Part shown: piece after piece, positions 23,751 to 36,890 of the stretch | Layout: each line of letters opens with the position of its first letter | Position numbering within the stretch: position 1 is the first letter of the stretch | Assembly: GCA_030390025.1 (NCBI GenBank) | Contig: JASTWF010000036.1 | Span: 992,001 to 1,056,000 of the forward strand | Source of the DNA: Squalus acanthias | Lineage: Eukaryota | Direction of reading: 5' to 3' | DNA length: 64,000 bases | Position numbers and translations under genes: made by a program | Notes under the pieces: model-generated | Seen by the model: the letters and a program-made list of their open reading frames with translations, nothing else | What the model was told of the DNA's origin: nothing | Database searches by the model: none

Positions 23751-25057
23751 GTGAGTACCTCATGGACATCAAAGTTTCTCCTAAATGACAGTTAGTTGTA
23801 AAATGTAGTCAGTGGCCAGTTGCTTAAAACATGCTCTTGGTGCCTTAAAGGTTGTGTGTTCCGAGGACCTTGCCTTAGTCCTTGATGGGTTGGATGTGGA
23901 CAAGTGTTTGAAGGTCCAGGTCCGAGAAAGTGTTTGCTGCACATATTGTTTGCTGATTTTTGGTTGACCATCCAATGTTTGCCAATGAATGGTTAAGTTA
24001 GAGGCAGTATTTTTGTTGTCCTGTCTGATTGCCTCTCTGTAGAAACGTGGTCATAATTTAACAGTGTACTGGATGGACATCTTTACAGCATGGAGCCAGC
24101 AGATAGCAACTGAATTGAGGCATTATTTGCCCTCCATGCCCAAGAAAAATACTGTAAACAATAGGAAAACTGTTGGAAAAATCCCTGTGATATCCTGTGT
24201 TATGGGGAGAAAGAGGTCTGGGGTAGATCCCTGGATATTTGAGTTGTTTGGTGACTTTGAGGCACTGGACAAGACTGGGTTTGTCTGAGGGAAGGGAGGA
24301 ATAGGGCTGTGTAAGAACAAACTTGAACACAGCAACAGTTATAAGTGGAAGTATTTAACACGAGGTTGATGGTAGTATTAGATTGCAGTTCTACACACAG
24401 GCTTGCAACCTATTTTTAAAAATTAAATAAAGTACAGTGCTGTAAGATACAATCATTGAAGCTCCAGTATCGTTGTGTGAGGGCCTTCATTGCAAGGTAC
24501 AGTCTTCAGATGTAACATTCGTCAAGCCCCCATCTTTACAACTCAAGGCTTGGGAGTCTGAAATTTGGAGGTTACAATGAGATGTCTGTTGCAGTGAATT
24601 CTGACAATCAAGCATAACATTTAATGTGGGAGGGAGTGAGGGCGAGTCTTATGTTGAAGGTGAGTTGTGCTTTACAATCGTGCATCAAGCAGATTGAGAT
24701 GCCTCACTTTGTTTCAAACTAAAAATTGTTTTTTTGTGTGTGTGTGCAAACATTGATGACTGTCAGTTCTGGTGAATCACGCTTATAAAACAGCTTTTCC
24801 ACCAAACTTGGTTCTGACCTCAGTAGGGGATTGCCAGGAGCCCTGTGTTTACATGCTTTCTGACATGAACTATGCATTAGACTTTTGGTTTAGGAACAAA
24901 TGACGAGGGCTTTAGAAGCATGAATGTCACAAGTAAATCATGCATCTCTCTCTCTGTTTCAAAGTAGGGCATTTTTACATTTTGGGCACAGACCTCTGAA
25001 TGCGCTCCATCTCCATTTATGAATTAAATGAGATCTGCTTTAGATAGGCCTCTACAG

Positions 25058-25512
25058 TATCAGCTGTGGCTCAGTGGGCCGCACCCTCGCCTCTGAGTCA
25101 GAAGGTTGTGGGTTCAAAGTCCCACTCCAGAGACTTGAGCACAAAAATCTAGGCTGACACTCCCAGTGCAGTGCTGAGGGAGTGCTGCATGGTCGGAGAT
25201 GCCGTCTTTCGGATGAAACGTTAAACCGAGGCCCCATCTGCCCTCTCAGGTGGACGTAAAAGATCCCATGGCACTTTTTCGAAGAAGAGCAGGGGAGTTC
25301 TCCCCGGTGTCCTGGTCAATATTTATCAACATCGCTAAAAAAACAGATTATCTGGTCATTATCACATTGCTGTTTGTGAGAGCAAATTGGCTGCCGCGTT
25401 TCCTACATTACAGCATTGACTACACTTCCAAAAGTACTTCATTGGCTGTAAAGCACTTTGGGATGTCCGGAGGTTGTGAAAGGCGCCATAGAAATGCAAG
25501 TCTTTCTTTTTC
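25058..25512 (+). mobile_element. DeuSINE, full length
   Basis: Same family as 21926-22390. Confidence 0.9.
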
Positions 25513-26191
25513 TTCCACCCTTCAAGTTCTGCCCATGCAAAGTGCAAACAGCTTGCCTTTAAGTGGCTGACCTGGGCAGTCTATTTATTTCCTGTCCATT
25601 ATCATCTGGCTCAATCCATTTTGGCCTCAAAAAGTGAAATCAGATATTTTGAACAGTGCTGCACGGTTTCCCCGCAGTTTTTAATTTATCTCCAAATTTA
25701 GGAATTCTCGTTACAATAAACCCCTGTCAGGGAAAACCAAGCGAGAAATTCCTTGCACTTTTCCCTATCGGAAGATCATGCCTGTCCTGGCTGTAGGTAA
25801 GCAAGTGCAGTTTACTATTGGGCACACTCCTAAGAGAGAGGCGATTGAGAAGAGAAACTGTTTGCGTGTCGGAGAGAAAGCAATTCGCATGAACACGTCG
25901 CTCTTAATAAACGCCTCATGCCCAGAGTAAAACAGGACCTCCCTGCATTTGGCCAGGACGGGAGTAACAAATCAAGATAAAAAGCAGATATTTATGGATG
26001 GGACAGTGGATTAGTGCGCCGTCCTTTCATCTATGGGTTAATGAGTTGAAAGTCCTCTCTCTGTGTAAGGGAGATATGTAAGTGATTTAATTCAAATGAG
26101 TTTGGGGCTGCTTTCAACTCACTTTCCACTTTCCACAAATCTACAGCACAATAAGTTCTCTTATTACGACGTAAATTGTGTCTCTGAGAGA

Positions 26192-26562
26192 TAGGGTTGC
26201 CAGCCCTCCAGGATTCATCTCCAGAACACTGCTGCGAGCGAGCAAAAACCCAGGAGGAAAATCAAAGGGGGCAATCAATAAAAAAAATCGTGTTTCTAAA
26301 CATTTCTTTCATGAACACTTTCGTTTACTCGTTATAAAAAGATCGGACATGGGAAAAAGGGCTGTTTGACTGACTGTCAAGAATCATCCAATCGGTTAAT
26401 GAAGGGTCTGTTCGCGTTCCGATTGGCCGTGGGAAGGCGGGGCCCCGCGAGGACGGCCGTGTCGGGCGACCAATGGCGGGAGTGTGGGGGCGGGGTGATT
26501 GGCGGCAGGAGGTCATGTGATGACACCTCCAGGAATGTGTCCGACCAGAGTTGGCGACCCTA
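26192..26562. mobile_element. hAT-type (Tip100-like) non-autonomous DNA transposon
   Basis: TIR TAGGGTTGCCA / TGGCGACCCTA; 8-bp TSD CTGAGAGA / CTGAGGGA (7 of 8). Confidence 0.8.
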
Positions 26563-26574
26563 CTGAGGGACCAT

Positions 26575-27222
26575 GGGCTTGATTTTACCGTGACCCCCCT
26601 TTCATTGTGCTGATGATGCTCAATGAAGGACCAAGCCATTTACATGGTCGGGCCTCATTAGAATAACATAGGCAAGCTGCCAGTGCTAAATGAGCGCTGA
26701 CAGCCAATTGGATGGGGGGGGGGGGGGGAGGGTAGGGCGAGGCCAAGCCGGCAGTTGTCATTTTAAACGGGAGGGCCAGGCGATTGTGGGGTGGGGGAGC
26801 AGGCCGTGGAAGGTCCGACAGCAGGCAGGGAGATTTTTGTGGAGGTACAGGAGAGGCATTCGTGCTCCACTTGACTCCCCAGGAGCCCTTCAAAACACTT
26901 AGCTGCAGCAGTTTCGGAGTGGCCTCCAGCGGTCCCTCGAAGGACGACTGGTTTGCCCGCTTTACCCGCTACTGAGGGGGCACCGCCGCCTTTGCAGCAT
27001 GGGCACCGCGGAGTTTCATTCAAAAAATGTACGTCACAGGACCCAGATCTGCCTACGCTACAGAGGCGCATGCCTCTTTCTGGCAGGAGTCCTATTTCCC
27101 GGCCTGCTTCAAGATCACGGCAGGCGGGGTGATAGCGTGGACCGAGCGGTTAGTGGTTTTGGTCTCGCTATCGCCTCATTCCCGCTGAAAAATGGGCCCA
27201 TCCAGAGACCAAAATCGGCCAC
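26575..27222. mobile_element. Harbinger-type MITE
   Basis: Imperfect TIR gggcttgatttt / aaaatcggccac; 3-bp TSD CAT. Confidence 0.6.
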
Positions 27223-27459
27223 CATAAGGATGGCTGGTGAGGGGAAATGGAAATGTCACACATGGGGTGGTAGGAGGGTGCTTTTGTGAGATTGGAGCTA
27301 GGGAGAGTTGGTGCACAGTGAAGGGAGATTTACCCTACATCTGGCCTACGGTTATACCTGATCTGGGTGTGGTCTGATGCTGACACTGGATGTGAGTATC
27401 AATTGTCTTAACGTGCTTTCTCATCTTAACGAGCATGGAAATCTACTCGCCGAAGGCCC

Positions 27460-27790
27460 AGCGAGTTTATCCAGCAAGCAGCTAAGCCATACCAATAAGA
27501 TCCCAGCTTTGATCCCTGGTCTCTACTGGGTTAGCAGATCTCAGCTGGTGCAATGAAAGGGGCTTCAGCGCTCCCTGGGTTAGGGAGGGGGAAATCAACC
27601 AGGTCTCCCACTCCTGATTGTTACTGGGCGAGTCCTGCTGGAAGTGCACATGTGGGCTTGGATGCGATGCCCCACATGGTCGAATAGCCGGCCACTGTCT
27701 GGGCTCACTTATGAATTATGAGCACTTGCGGGAAGTACCAAAGGGTGGCTGGAGCCTACGGAACTGAACCCCAGCCACACCAGCGGCGGA
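27460..27790 (+). mobile_element. Old unclassified SINE-like repeat (other copies ~52900-53260 -, 53595-54290 split, 59020-60260 split)
   Basis: Shared blocks gatccctggtct..gagttagcagatctcagc, ctgggttagggagggg, gatgcccc..gtcgaatagcc. Confidence 0.5.
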
Positions 27791-29544
27791 AGCATTGGTG
27801 AGGACTGAATTGGGGAGGGGCTGACTCACCAGCAATGACATGAAATGCATTCACATCCTATTAGTTAAAAATCTCATCACCTTCAAAAGTGAACCTGCCT
27901 GCTTTGATTTCGTTTTCATTATTTTAATGAGCAGGTTTGAAGTAAAATACAAGATGTTACTCGAGTCACACAACTTTGTAATTACTAAAAGATTGCGGGA
28001 TCTGTGGAGAATGAATGATTGTCAATAAAGGGGGCTGGTTGACAATCTAATTTAAAAAAACTGTTTGTAAACACTTAAGGAAAGTTAAACAAGCAACGGC
28101 ATAGCTTACATATTAACGTTGCAGAACCGGACCATGAAAACGAACAAAGAGAGATTTTGCTGCTTTAACACAGCTGTACTCCCCACCATTACAGAAGTCA
28201 CGTTCTGAAAGCATTCTGACCCTTGCCTGACACAATTCACAATAACACAAATAGTACTCGATGTTATGTATGACATGGTACTTGAATGATGCTCCATAGG
28301 ACATTACAGTATCCGCAAGTATGAGGTTTGGAACGACCCTCTAAAGGTGAACATGGTGTTTGTTGACATTAATTCAATTGCCGATCATTCCATAAATGGT
28401 ATATACTTGACACGAAGACTAGCTACAAATCAGAAGTGAATCACGCAATTCATTTAAATTAGCCAGGAGTTATGGTAACTGGTAATAGGTTATTGACGGA
28501 GATGTCATTTTGAGATTGAGGGCAGGTTGGAGGTGAGTTGCGCAATTTTCTAAAATCTCAACAGTGATATTTTTATAATGTATCTTGTGCTGTCATAAGA
28601 GATACTTTAAAAATCTATTCCTTTCTCGTCTAGAAACTTTTTAATTTGAGGTGATTAGGTCATGGAGATGCACGCTTGTACGTGTATCATCATGCCTCGG
28701 GAGAAGATGAACTTTCTCTACCCTATTTCAACAGAAGCGAATGAGGCCTATGCTGGCAAGTAACCTATTTAAACAGCAACTTATTTTCAGTTACTGTCCC
28801 TTTTTTAAATCTCACGCACGGATAAGAGCTAAAAGTTAGCATGAAGCAGACGGTCTTTGAAATGTCACTTTTATTTTTCTTCTCTCGTCCCTCTTCCCCC
28901 GCTCCCCTGCGAGTAGACCTCTGCAGGGACTTTCTTCAACTGCAGTCTGCATTCAATTCAGCTCCGAGGCACGGCCACCAGGAGGTGCTGTTGTGGTATG
29001 AGCAGGCCCCTGATCCTTCAAAACACACTTCATTGCCATTTTCCATTTCCCCTGGCCCAGCATTTAATAAACACTCCGAGACTGATCATGTAGAGAAAGC
29101 GAGATGGCTGTTTATTGTTTTATATTGTATTTAGAGTAAGACATGCTTTTTGGGATTGACATTTCATTGTGCAAAATCATATGAAAATCCTCTGTGCCTT
29201 ATTTCACAGGGACATTACCCTATTTAAAATAGACAGGTTAACATCTCCATTCAAATAGTAGACAAAGGAATTTCACATACATGCAGTCAGTGTTTTCTGG
29301 CTCATATCACATAGAGCAACTTCAGCCCATTTGATAATATTAATGGCCATTGGAAGACATGAGTCTGGGATGTTTGCAAATTCAATAGTAAAATATAATT
29401 CAAAATATATATTTGCATTAACTCCCTGAAAAGTACATTGGAAGCAATTTACCTTTCTGTACAGACTAGAATATAGTTGTAATGCTTGCTTAAAATTGTA
29501 ATTGGCTCATACATCACGAGAGACTTCTTGTTACGGCACATGTA

Positions 29545-32500
29545 TTTTTTTTATTCGTTCATGGTATGTGGGCGTCGCTGGCAAGGCCAGCATTTATTGC
29601 CCAGTCCCTAGTTCCCCTTGAGAAGGTGGTGGTGAGCCGCCTTCTTGAACCGCTGCAGTCCGTGTGGTGAAGGTGCTCCCACAGTGCTGTTAGGGAGGGA
29701 GTTCCAGGATTTTGACCCAGCGACGATGAAGGAACGGCGATGTACTTCCAAGTCAGGATGGTGTGTGATTTGGAGGGGAACTTGGAGGTGGTGGTGTTCC
29801 CATGCACCTGCTGCCCTTGTCCTTCTAGGTGGTAGAGGTCGTGGGTTTGGGAGGTGCTGCCGAAGAAGCCTTGGCGAGTTGCTGCAGTGCATCTTGTAGA
29901 TGGTACACACTGTAGCCACGGTGCACCGGTGGTGGAGGGAGTGAATGTTTAAAGTGGTGGATGGGGTGCCAATCAAGCGGGCTGCTTTGTCCTGGATGGT
30001 GTCGAGCTTCTTGAGTGTTGTTGGAGCTGCACTCATCCAGGCAAGTGGAGAGTATTCCATCACACTCCTGACTTGTGCCTTGTAGATGGTGGAAAGGCTT
30101 TGGGGAGTCAGGAGGTGAGACACTTGCCGCAGAATACCCAGCCTCTGACCTGCTCTTGTTGCCACAGTATTTATGTGGCTGGTCCAGTTAAGTTTCTGGT
30201 CAATGGTGACCCCCAGGATGTTGATGGTGGGGGATTTGGCGATGGTAATGCCGTTGAATGTCAAGGAGCGGTGGTTAGACTCTCGCTTGTTGGAGATAGT
30301 CATTGCCTGGCACATGTGTGGTGCGAATGTTACCTGCCACTTATCAGCCCAAGCCTGAATGTCGTCCAGGTCTTGCTGCATGCGGGCATGGACTGCTTCA
30401 TTATTTGAGGAGTTGCGAATGGCACTGAACACTGTGCAGTCATCAGCGAACATCCCCACTTCTGACCTTATGTTGGAGGGAAGGTCATTGATTAAGCAGC
30501 TGAAGATGGTTGGGCCTAGGACACTGCCATGAGGAACTCCTGCAGCGATGTCCTGGGGCTGTGATGATTGACCTCCAACCACCACAACCATCTTCCTTTG
30601 TGCTAGGTATGACACCAGCCAGTGGAGAGTTCCCCCCCCCCCCCCCCCCCCGATTCCCACTGACCAGTTTTACTAGGGCTCCTTGATGCCACACTCGGTT
30701 AAATGCTGCCTTGATGTCAAGGGCAGTCACTCTCACCGCACCTCTGGAATTCAGCTCTTTTGTCCATGTTTGGACCAAGACTGTAATGAGGCCGGGAGCC
30801 GAGTGGTCCTGGCGGAACCCAAACTGGGCAAAGGTGAGCAGGTTATTGGTGAGTAAGTGCTGCTTGATAGCACTGTCAACGACACCTTCCATCACTTTAC
30901 TGATGATTGAGAATAGACTGATGGGGCGGTAATTGGCCAGATTGGACTTTTCCTGCTTTTTGTGGACAGGACATACCTGGGCAGTTTTCCACATTGTTTC
31001 GATAGATGCCAGTGTTGTAGCTGTACTGGAACAGCTTGGCTAGAGGCGCGGCTAGTTCTGGAGCACAAGTCTTCAGCATGATAGCTGGGATGTTGTCGGG
31101 GCCCACAGCCTTTGCTGTATCCAGTGTGCTTTGCCGTTTCTTGATATCACGTGGAGTGAATCGAATTGGCTGAAGACTGGCTTCTGTGATGGTGGGGACT
31201 TCAGGAGGAGGCCGATATGGATCATCCACTTAGCACTTCTGGCAGAAGATGGTTACAAACGCTTCAGCCTTGTCTTATGTATTCATGTGCTGGGTTCCAC
31301 CATCATTGAGGATGGGAATATTCATGGAGCCTCCTCCTCCTGTTAGTTGTTTAATTGTCCACCACCATTCACGACTGGATGTGGCAGGACTGCAGAGCTT
31401 TGATCTGATCCGTTGATTGTGGGATCGCTTAGCCCTGTCTATAGCATGCTGCTTCCGCTTTTTAGCATGCATGGAGTCCTGTGTTGCAGCTTCCCCAGGT
31501 TGGCACCTCATTTTTAGGTACGCCTGGTGCTGCTCCTGGCATGTTCTTCGACACTCCTTATTGAACCAGGGTTGGTCCCCTGGCTTGATGGTAATGGTAG
31601 AGTGAGGGATATGCCAGGCCATGAGGTTACAGATTGAGGTGGAATACAATTCTGCTGCTGCTGATGGCCCACAGCACCTCATGGATGCCCAGTTTTGAGC
31701 TGCTAGATCTGTTCTGAATCTATCCCATTTAGCACGGTGGTAGTGCCACACAACACGATGGAGGGTGTCCTCAGTGTGAAGACGGGACTTCGTCTCCACA
31801 ATGACTGTGCGGTGGTCACTGCTACCAATGCTGTCATGGACAGATGCATCTGTGATTTGTAGATTGGTGAGGATGAGGTCAAGTAGGTTTTTCCCTCACC
31901 ACCTGTCGCAGGCCCAGACTGGCAGCTATGTCCTTCAGGACTCAGCCAGCTCGGTCCGTAGTGGTGCTACCGAGCCACTCTTGGTGATGGACATTGAAGT
32001 CCCCCCACCAGAGTACATTCTGTGCCCTTGCTACTCTCAGTGCTTCTTCCAAGTGGTGTTCAACATGGAGGAGTACTGATTCATCAGCTGAGGGGGGGCG
32101 GTAGGTAGTAATCAGCAGGAGGTTTCCTTGCCCATGCTTGACCTTAAGCCATGAGTCTTCATGGGGTCCGGAGTCAATGTTAAGGACTCCCAGGGCCACT
32201 CCTTCCCAACTGTATACCACTGTGCCGCCACCTCTGGTGGGTCTGTCCTGCCAGTGGGACAGGACATACCCAGGGATGGAGATGGAGGAGTTTGGGACAT
32301 TGGCTGAAAGGTATGATTCTGTGAGTATGACTATGCTTGATTAGTCTGTGGGACAGCTCTCCCAATTTTGGTACAAGTCCCCAGACGTTGGTGAGGAGGA
32401 CTTTGCAGGGTCGACTGGGCTGGGTGTGCCATTGCCGTGTCCGTAGCTGGTGCCGAGGTCGTCCATCCGGTTTTATTCTTGTTGTTTTTCGTAGCGGTTT

Positions 32501-32828
32501 TTTGCAACTGAGTGACTTGCTGGGTCATTTCAGAGGGCAGTTAAGAGTCAACCACATTGCTGTGGGTCTGGAGTCACATATAGGCCAGACCAGGTAAGGA
32601 TGGCAGATTTCCTTCCCTAAAGGACATTAGTGAACCAGATGGGTTTTTACAACAATCCGATAGTTTCATGGTCACCGTTACTGATACTGATACTAGCTTT
32701 TTATTCCCGATTTATTTAATTAACTGAATTTAAATTCCCCAGCTGCCGTGGTGGGATTTGAACTCACGTCATTAGTCCAGGCCTCTGGCTTACTAGTCCA
32801 GGAACATAACCACTATGTTACCGTTCAC
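29545..32828 (-). mobile_element. CR1-like LINE with complete but disrupted APE-RT ORF and tRNA/MetaSINE-type 5' end
   Basis: APE motifs LLTNVWGL...ILTESYL, TTYRPP, GDFNVHH; RT motifs YRPISL, QFGFR, LDIKAAF, GVPHGSVLGP, FADD; A-rich 3' tail; several frameshifts including a C20 run at 30632-30651. Confidence 0.9.
32754..32820 (-). promoter_or_regulatory. tRNA-type Pol III internal promoter (A box 32820-32810, B box 32763-32754)
   Basis: Minus strand TAACATAGTGG ... GTTCAAATCC. Confidence 0.65.
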
Positions 32829-33044
32829 GATCACAGCAAGGGTAGTCTTAAAGAAAGATAAATATTAATTTATCAACCTAAGAGACTCCATTGAATTAAA
32901 AAGGCAACAACCAACTTTCACGATCTTTTACAGTGTCTGTGAAATTATCATTATGCAAAAAAGTAACATTAAGGAAGCACATACACTGTTCTCTCCTAAA
33001 GCTATTATTATTTGGTTTTGGTGGGACCCACCTGGTAGTGACTT

Positions 33045-33593
33045 GACTATTCCAACGCACTCCTGGTCGGCTTCCCATGTTCTACCCTACGTAAACATGA
33101 GGTCATCCAAAACTTGGCTGCCCCATGTCCTAACTCGCACCAAGTCCTGTTCACCCATCACCCCCTGTGCTTGCTGACCTACATTGGCTCCCGGTTAAGC
33201 AACGCCTCGATTTCAAAATTCTCATCCTTGTTTTCAAATCCCTCGCCCCTCCCTATCTCTGTAATCTCCTTCAGCTCCGAGATATCTGCGCTCCTCTAAT
33301 TCTGGCCCCTTGAGGATCCCGGATTTTAATCGCTCAGCCATTGGTGGCCGTGCCTTCTGTTGCATGGGCCCTAAGCTCTGGAATTCCCTCCCTAAACCTC
33401 TCCACCTCGCTACCTCTCTTTCCTCCTTTAAGACGCTCCTTAAAACCTCCCTCTTTGACCAAGCTTTTGGTCAGCTGCCCTAATTTCTCCTTATGTGGCT
33501 CGGTGTCAAATTTTTTGTCTTATAACGCTCCTGTGAAGCACCTTGGGACGTTTTACTACGTTAACGGCGCTATATAAATACAAGTTGTTGTTG
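33045..33593 (+). mobile_element. L2 LINE 3' end
   Basis: Homologous to 13514-14038; ttgttgttg tail. Confidence 0.85.
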
Positions 33594-34300
33594 GTGTAGA
33601 ATTAAAGCAGTGATTTCTGTATGTCACCTTCGTAATCCTGCCTGTTAACTCCAGGAATTTTAGACAGTGCTGAATCTAATACTGTGGAAACTGGATGGCA
33701 GCATTTAGAAATGTCAATGTAATAAAAACACAGAGAATGACCCGGGCAAACTTTCCTCAAAGTCGGCTAACTCAGCACGATCCCAGTTGGAACCAGGAAC
33801 CTTGCTGGTCAGTATGACTCAGTACCATGCACGCCGGAGCATTTACTCATTGAGCCATTCGAGGAGCCACAGTGTTGCACTTTTATGTTTGCTTTGGGCC
33901 CAAAAAAACAACACTAGTGCGACTTACAAATTATATAGTTTGAGGTTTTACTTTTAACAAAGCTGCAATCAAACTTTGTTTAAATTTGCTTCTTTTTTTG
34001 AACGTGACCTATAATATATCTAAAAAATTATGCCTGTGTGCACTTCCTGTCTGCAAAACCTTACTTCGTGTTGTCATGCTTTTGTCACGCTTTGTGTCAA
34101 CTTTTTCCCCTGATAAATGCTTGTAATATTTATAATGGAAACTGCCTATGTAAACGTGTCATGCTGTAATTCCACTCTCCCACCAGTGGTGGTGCTGTAG
34201 CACCTCAGTTTTGTGTCTCCCAGCTCCTCAGCCAGTACAGCAGAGAAACTCCAACCAACTCTACTTCCCAGCTGCCCAAATTGCTGGAAGTTTCGCTAAT

Positions 34301-34604
34301 TAACAACAACCTATATTTATATAGCGCCTTTAACGTAATAAAACGTTGCAAGGCGCTTAACAGGAGCGTTATCAAAAAAACCAAAATTTGACACTGAGCC
34401 ACATAAGGAGAAATTAGGGCAGGTGACCAAAAGCTTGATCAAAGAGGTAGGTTTTAAGGAGCATTTTGAAGGAGGAGAGAGAGGTAGAGAGGTTTAGAGA
34501 GGGAATTCCAGAGCTTAGAGCCCAGGCAGCTGAAGGCACGGCCACCAATGGTGGAGCGATTAAAATCGGGGATGTTCAAAAGGCCAGAATAGGCGGAGCG
34601 CAGA
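34301..34604 (-). mobile_element. L2 LINE 3' end
   Basis: aacaacaac tail and 3'UTR. Confidence 0.8.
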
Positions 34605-35438
34605 TTAATTAACGATAAATAATATAGAATAAAAAGATTACATAAAGATAAGGACAGAATGTATGACCTTAAAGTAGGGACTCAATTATGTCTCGGTGTC
34701 GTGATCCAATTATCCCCCTCCATCTAATGTCAACTCTCTTGTGTTTATGGGAAGGAGGAACTTGTGAAAAACTGGTATGTACATGTGATTTATCCACAGT
34801 GCTAATAGTTTGCAATAAGTACTAATGTGGGTTATATTTCTGTGCAAAGATTTTCTTTTCTGTCTTTTTGTTCCCATTCATCATCTTGTGATGTGTGTTG
34901 TTGTCTTAAGGTTCTGTGAAGCACCCCACAGCTTTCAACAATATCTGAGAACTTGCTTCAAAGTATCTTGAGGTAACTGCTAATATTGCAAAGTCTTTTC
35001 ATTGTCCTTTGAAACATTTTTCTGATGCCCTTCAATCGCAGAACTGTTTAGCTATCTCTCCGATTGCTTCCTTTTGTCCATTTAAAATGTTGCTTAAATC
35101 TCTTTTTAAGGCATTTGGAAATGATTTAGAGACTGCTAACTGTGGATGCCAGACTATTTGAAATTCCATTAAGAGACAAAGAGAAGAGAAATCACACTGG
35201 ATGTTCTAAAATGGCTGATAACTTATCTTGTGTCAGTCAATTGGATATTTAAGAAATATGTGACTCCAAAGGTTAAAAAGTACATTTTGAATATCATAAT
35301 AGTCAGGAGGAGGTATCTCAGATCCCAGCTTGAGGGTGTTTTAGGGCCATGTTTTAACTGTTATTTTAATATTTTCAAGCTTTCTTCTAGTAATTGGGGG
35401 AGAAGCTGATTATCATAGATTAAGGAGCAGCCTGTTGA

Positions 35439-35870
35439 ATTTTTTTTTATTCGTTTATGGGATGTGGGCGTTGCTGGCAAGGCCAGCATTTATTGCCCAT
35501 CCCTAATTGCTCTTGAGAAGGGTGGTGGTGAGCCGCCTTCTTGAACCGCTGCAGTCCCGTGTGGTGAAGGTACTCCCACAGTGCTGTTAGGGAGGGAGTT
35601 CCAGGATTTTGACCCAGCGACGATGAAGGAACGGCGATATACTTCCAAGTCCGGATGGTGTGTGACTTGGAAGGGAACTTGGAGGTGGTGGTAGTCCCAT
35701 GTGCCTGCTGCCCTTGTCCTTCTAGGTGGTAGAGGTCGCGGGTTTGGGAGGTGCTGCCGAAGAAGCCTTGGCGAGTTGCTGCAGTGCATCTTGTAGATGG
35801 TGCACACTGCAGCCACGGTACGCCGGTGGTGGAGGGAGTGAATATTTAAGGTGGTGGATGGGGTGCCATC
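35439..35870 (-). mobile_element. CR1-like LINE 3' fragment (family of 29545-32828)
   Basis: GTPSTTLNIHSLHHRRTVAAVCTIYKMHC. Confidence 0.85.
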
Positions 35871-36890
35871 CATGTGCTTGCTAGCTAGCTCTTGTTTTGA
35901 AGCGACCTGGGTCTTCTGACCTAACATTAAGTATTGACTGGAGTTTCAATGTTAGGTAGCCTTTCCTAATTGGGGGAGGGGAAATGTCATTTCTTCCTGC
36001 ACGCTATTTCCCGACGGTCGTGCATGCAGGGTGCTGAGTGATCTTGTACAATGGGCATCCATGGTTGCCAGGTGATGAGATGAATACAGATGTTCATTCA
36101 CCACACGGACTGCAGCGGTTCAAGAAGGCAGCTCACCACCACCTTCTCAGTGTAACTGCTGCAAAGTTTTTATGAGTCCTTGTGGCAATTGTTCTGGAGC
36201 TGCCTTCCCCCATTGGAATATAGGAACAGGAGGAGGCCATTCAGCCCCTCGAGCCTGTTCCGCCATTCAATGAGATCATGGCTGATCTGTGATCTAACTC
36301 CTAACCCCACCCCCAGATAGCTCTATTCGTGCCACCAATGGGTTTCCCATTGGGAATTCCCCGTATACTTTGAGCTTATTGGAACTAGGGCTCATGGAGG
36401 GATGCCAGGCAGGGCTGGCTGTACCAGAGTTGTTCTGTGCCCGCCCGCCCACCAATACCCTCCCATCTACAGACAGAGGTACACAAACTTAATGACAGAA
36501 ATCTGTCATTCATGACTTATGAAATAATACTGAGTGGCCTGCGGGTGGCGCTGTCCAGGGAGAGTATAAATACTCGGGCACGGGCCCAGCTTGCGCAGGA
36601 CATTCTTAACCGGAACTAGTGAAGGACACAACTCGATCTCCATGTTGTAAAACAGTTGATTAAAGCTTTGTTTGACGCTTAGACCAAGTGCCTAGTAGTT
36701 TTCTTACGTCACTTTGCTTTGTCAGAGAATTAATGCCTGCAGAGGCTTGAATTCTCACGGGAGGCATTGATAGCAGGCCCAATGGCACAAATATGATGTA
36801 TGAAGGCCTGACGAATCTCAATACTGGATGGTCCTTCAGAAGTACCCCAATTACAGTATTTCAAGCTTTAAGTGATAATGAAAGAAGGCA

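Larger units (their letters stand above)
25990..27445 (+). mobile_element. Degenerate LF-SINE-like host (25990-26191 and 27223-27445) split by two DNA transposons
   Basis: Head gtcctttcatctat..., aaatgagtttgggg, ctacagcacaa; the 3' part is homologous to 13200-13400. Confidence 0.45.

Noticed and set aside
30632..30651. C20 run in the RT region as a programmed frameshift (similar long G/C runs at ~4227, 26714, 40498, 41359, 62633)
   Set aside because: More simply homopolymer expansion or sequencing error; the element has other random frameshifts.
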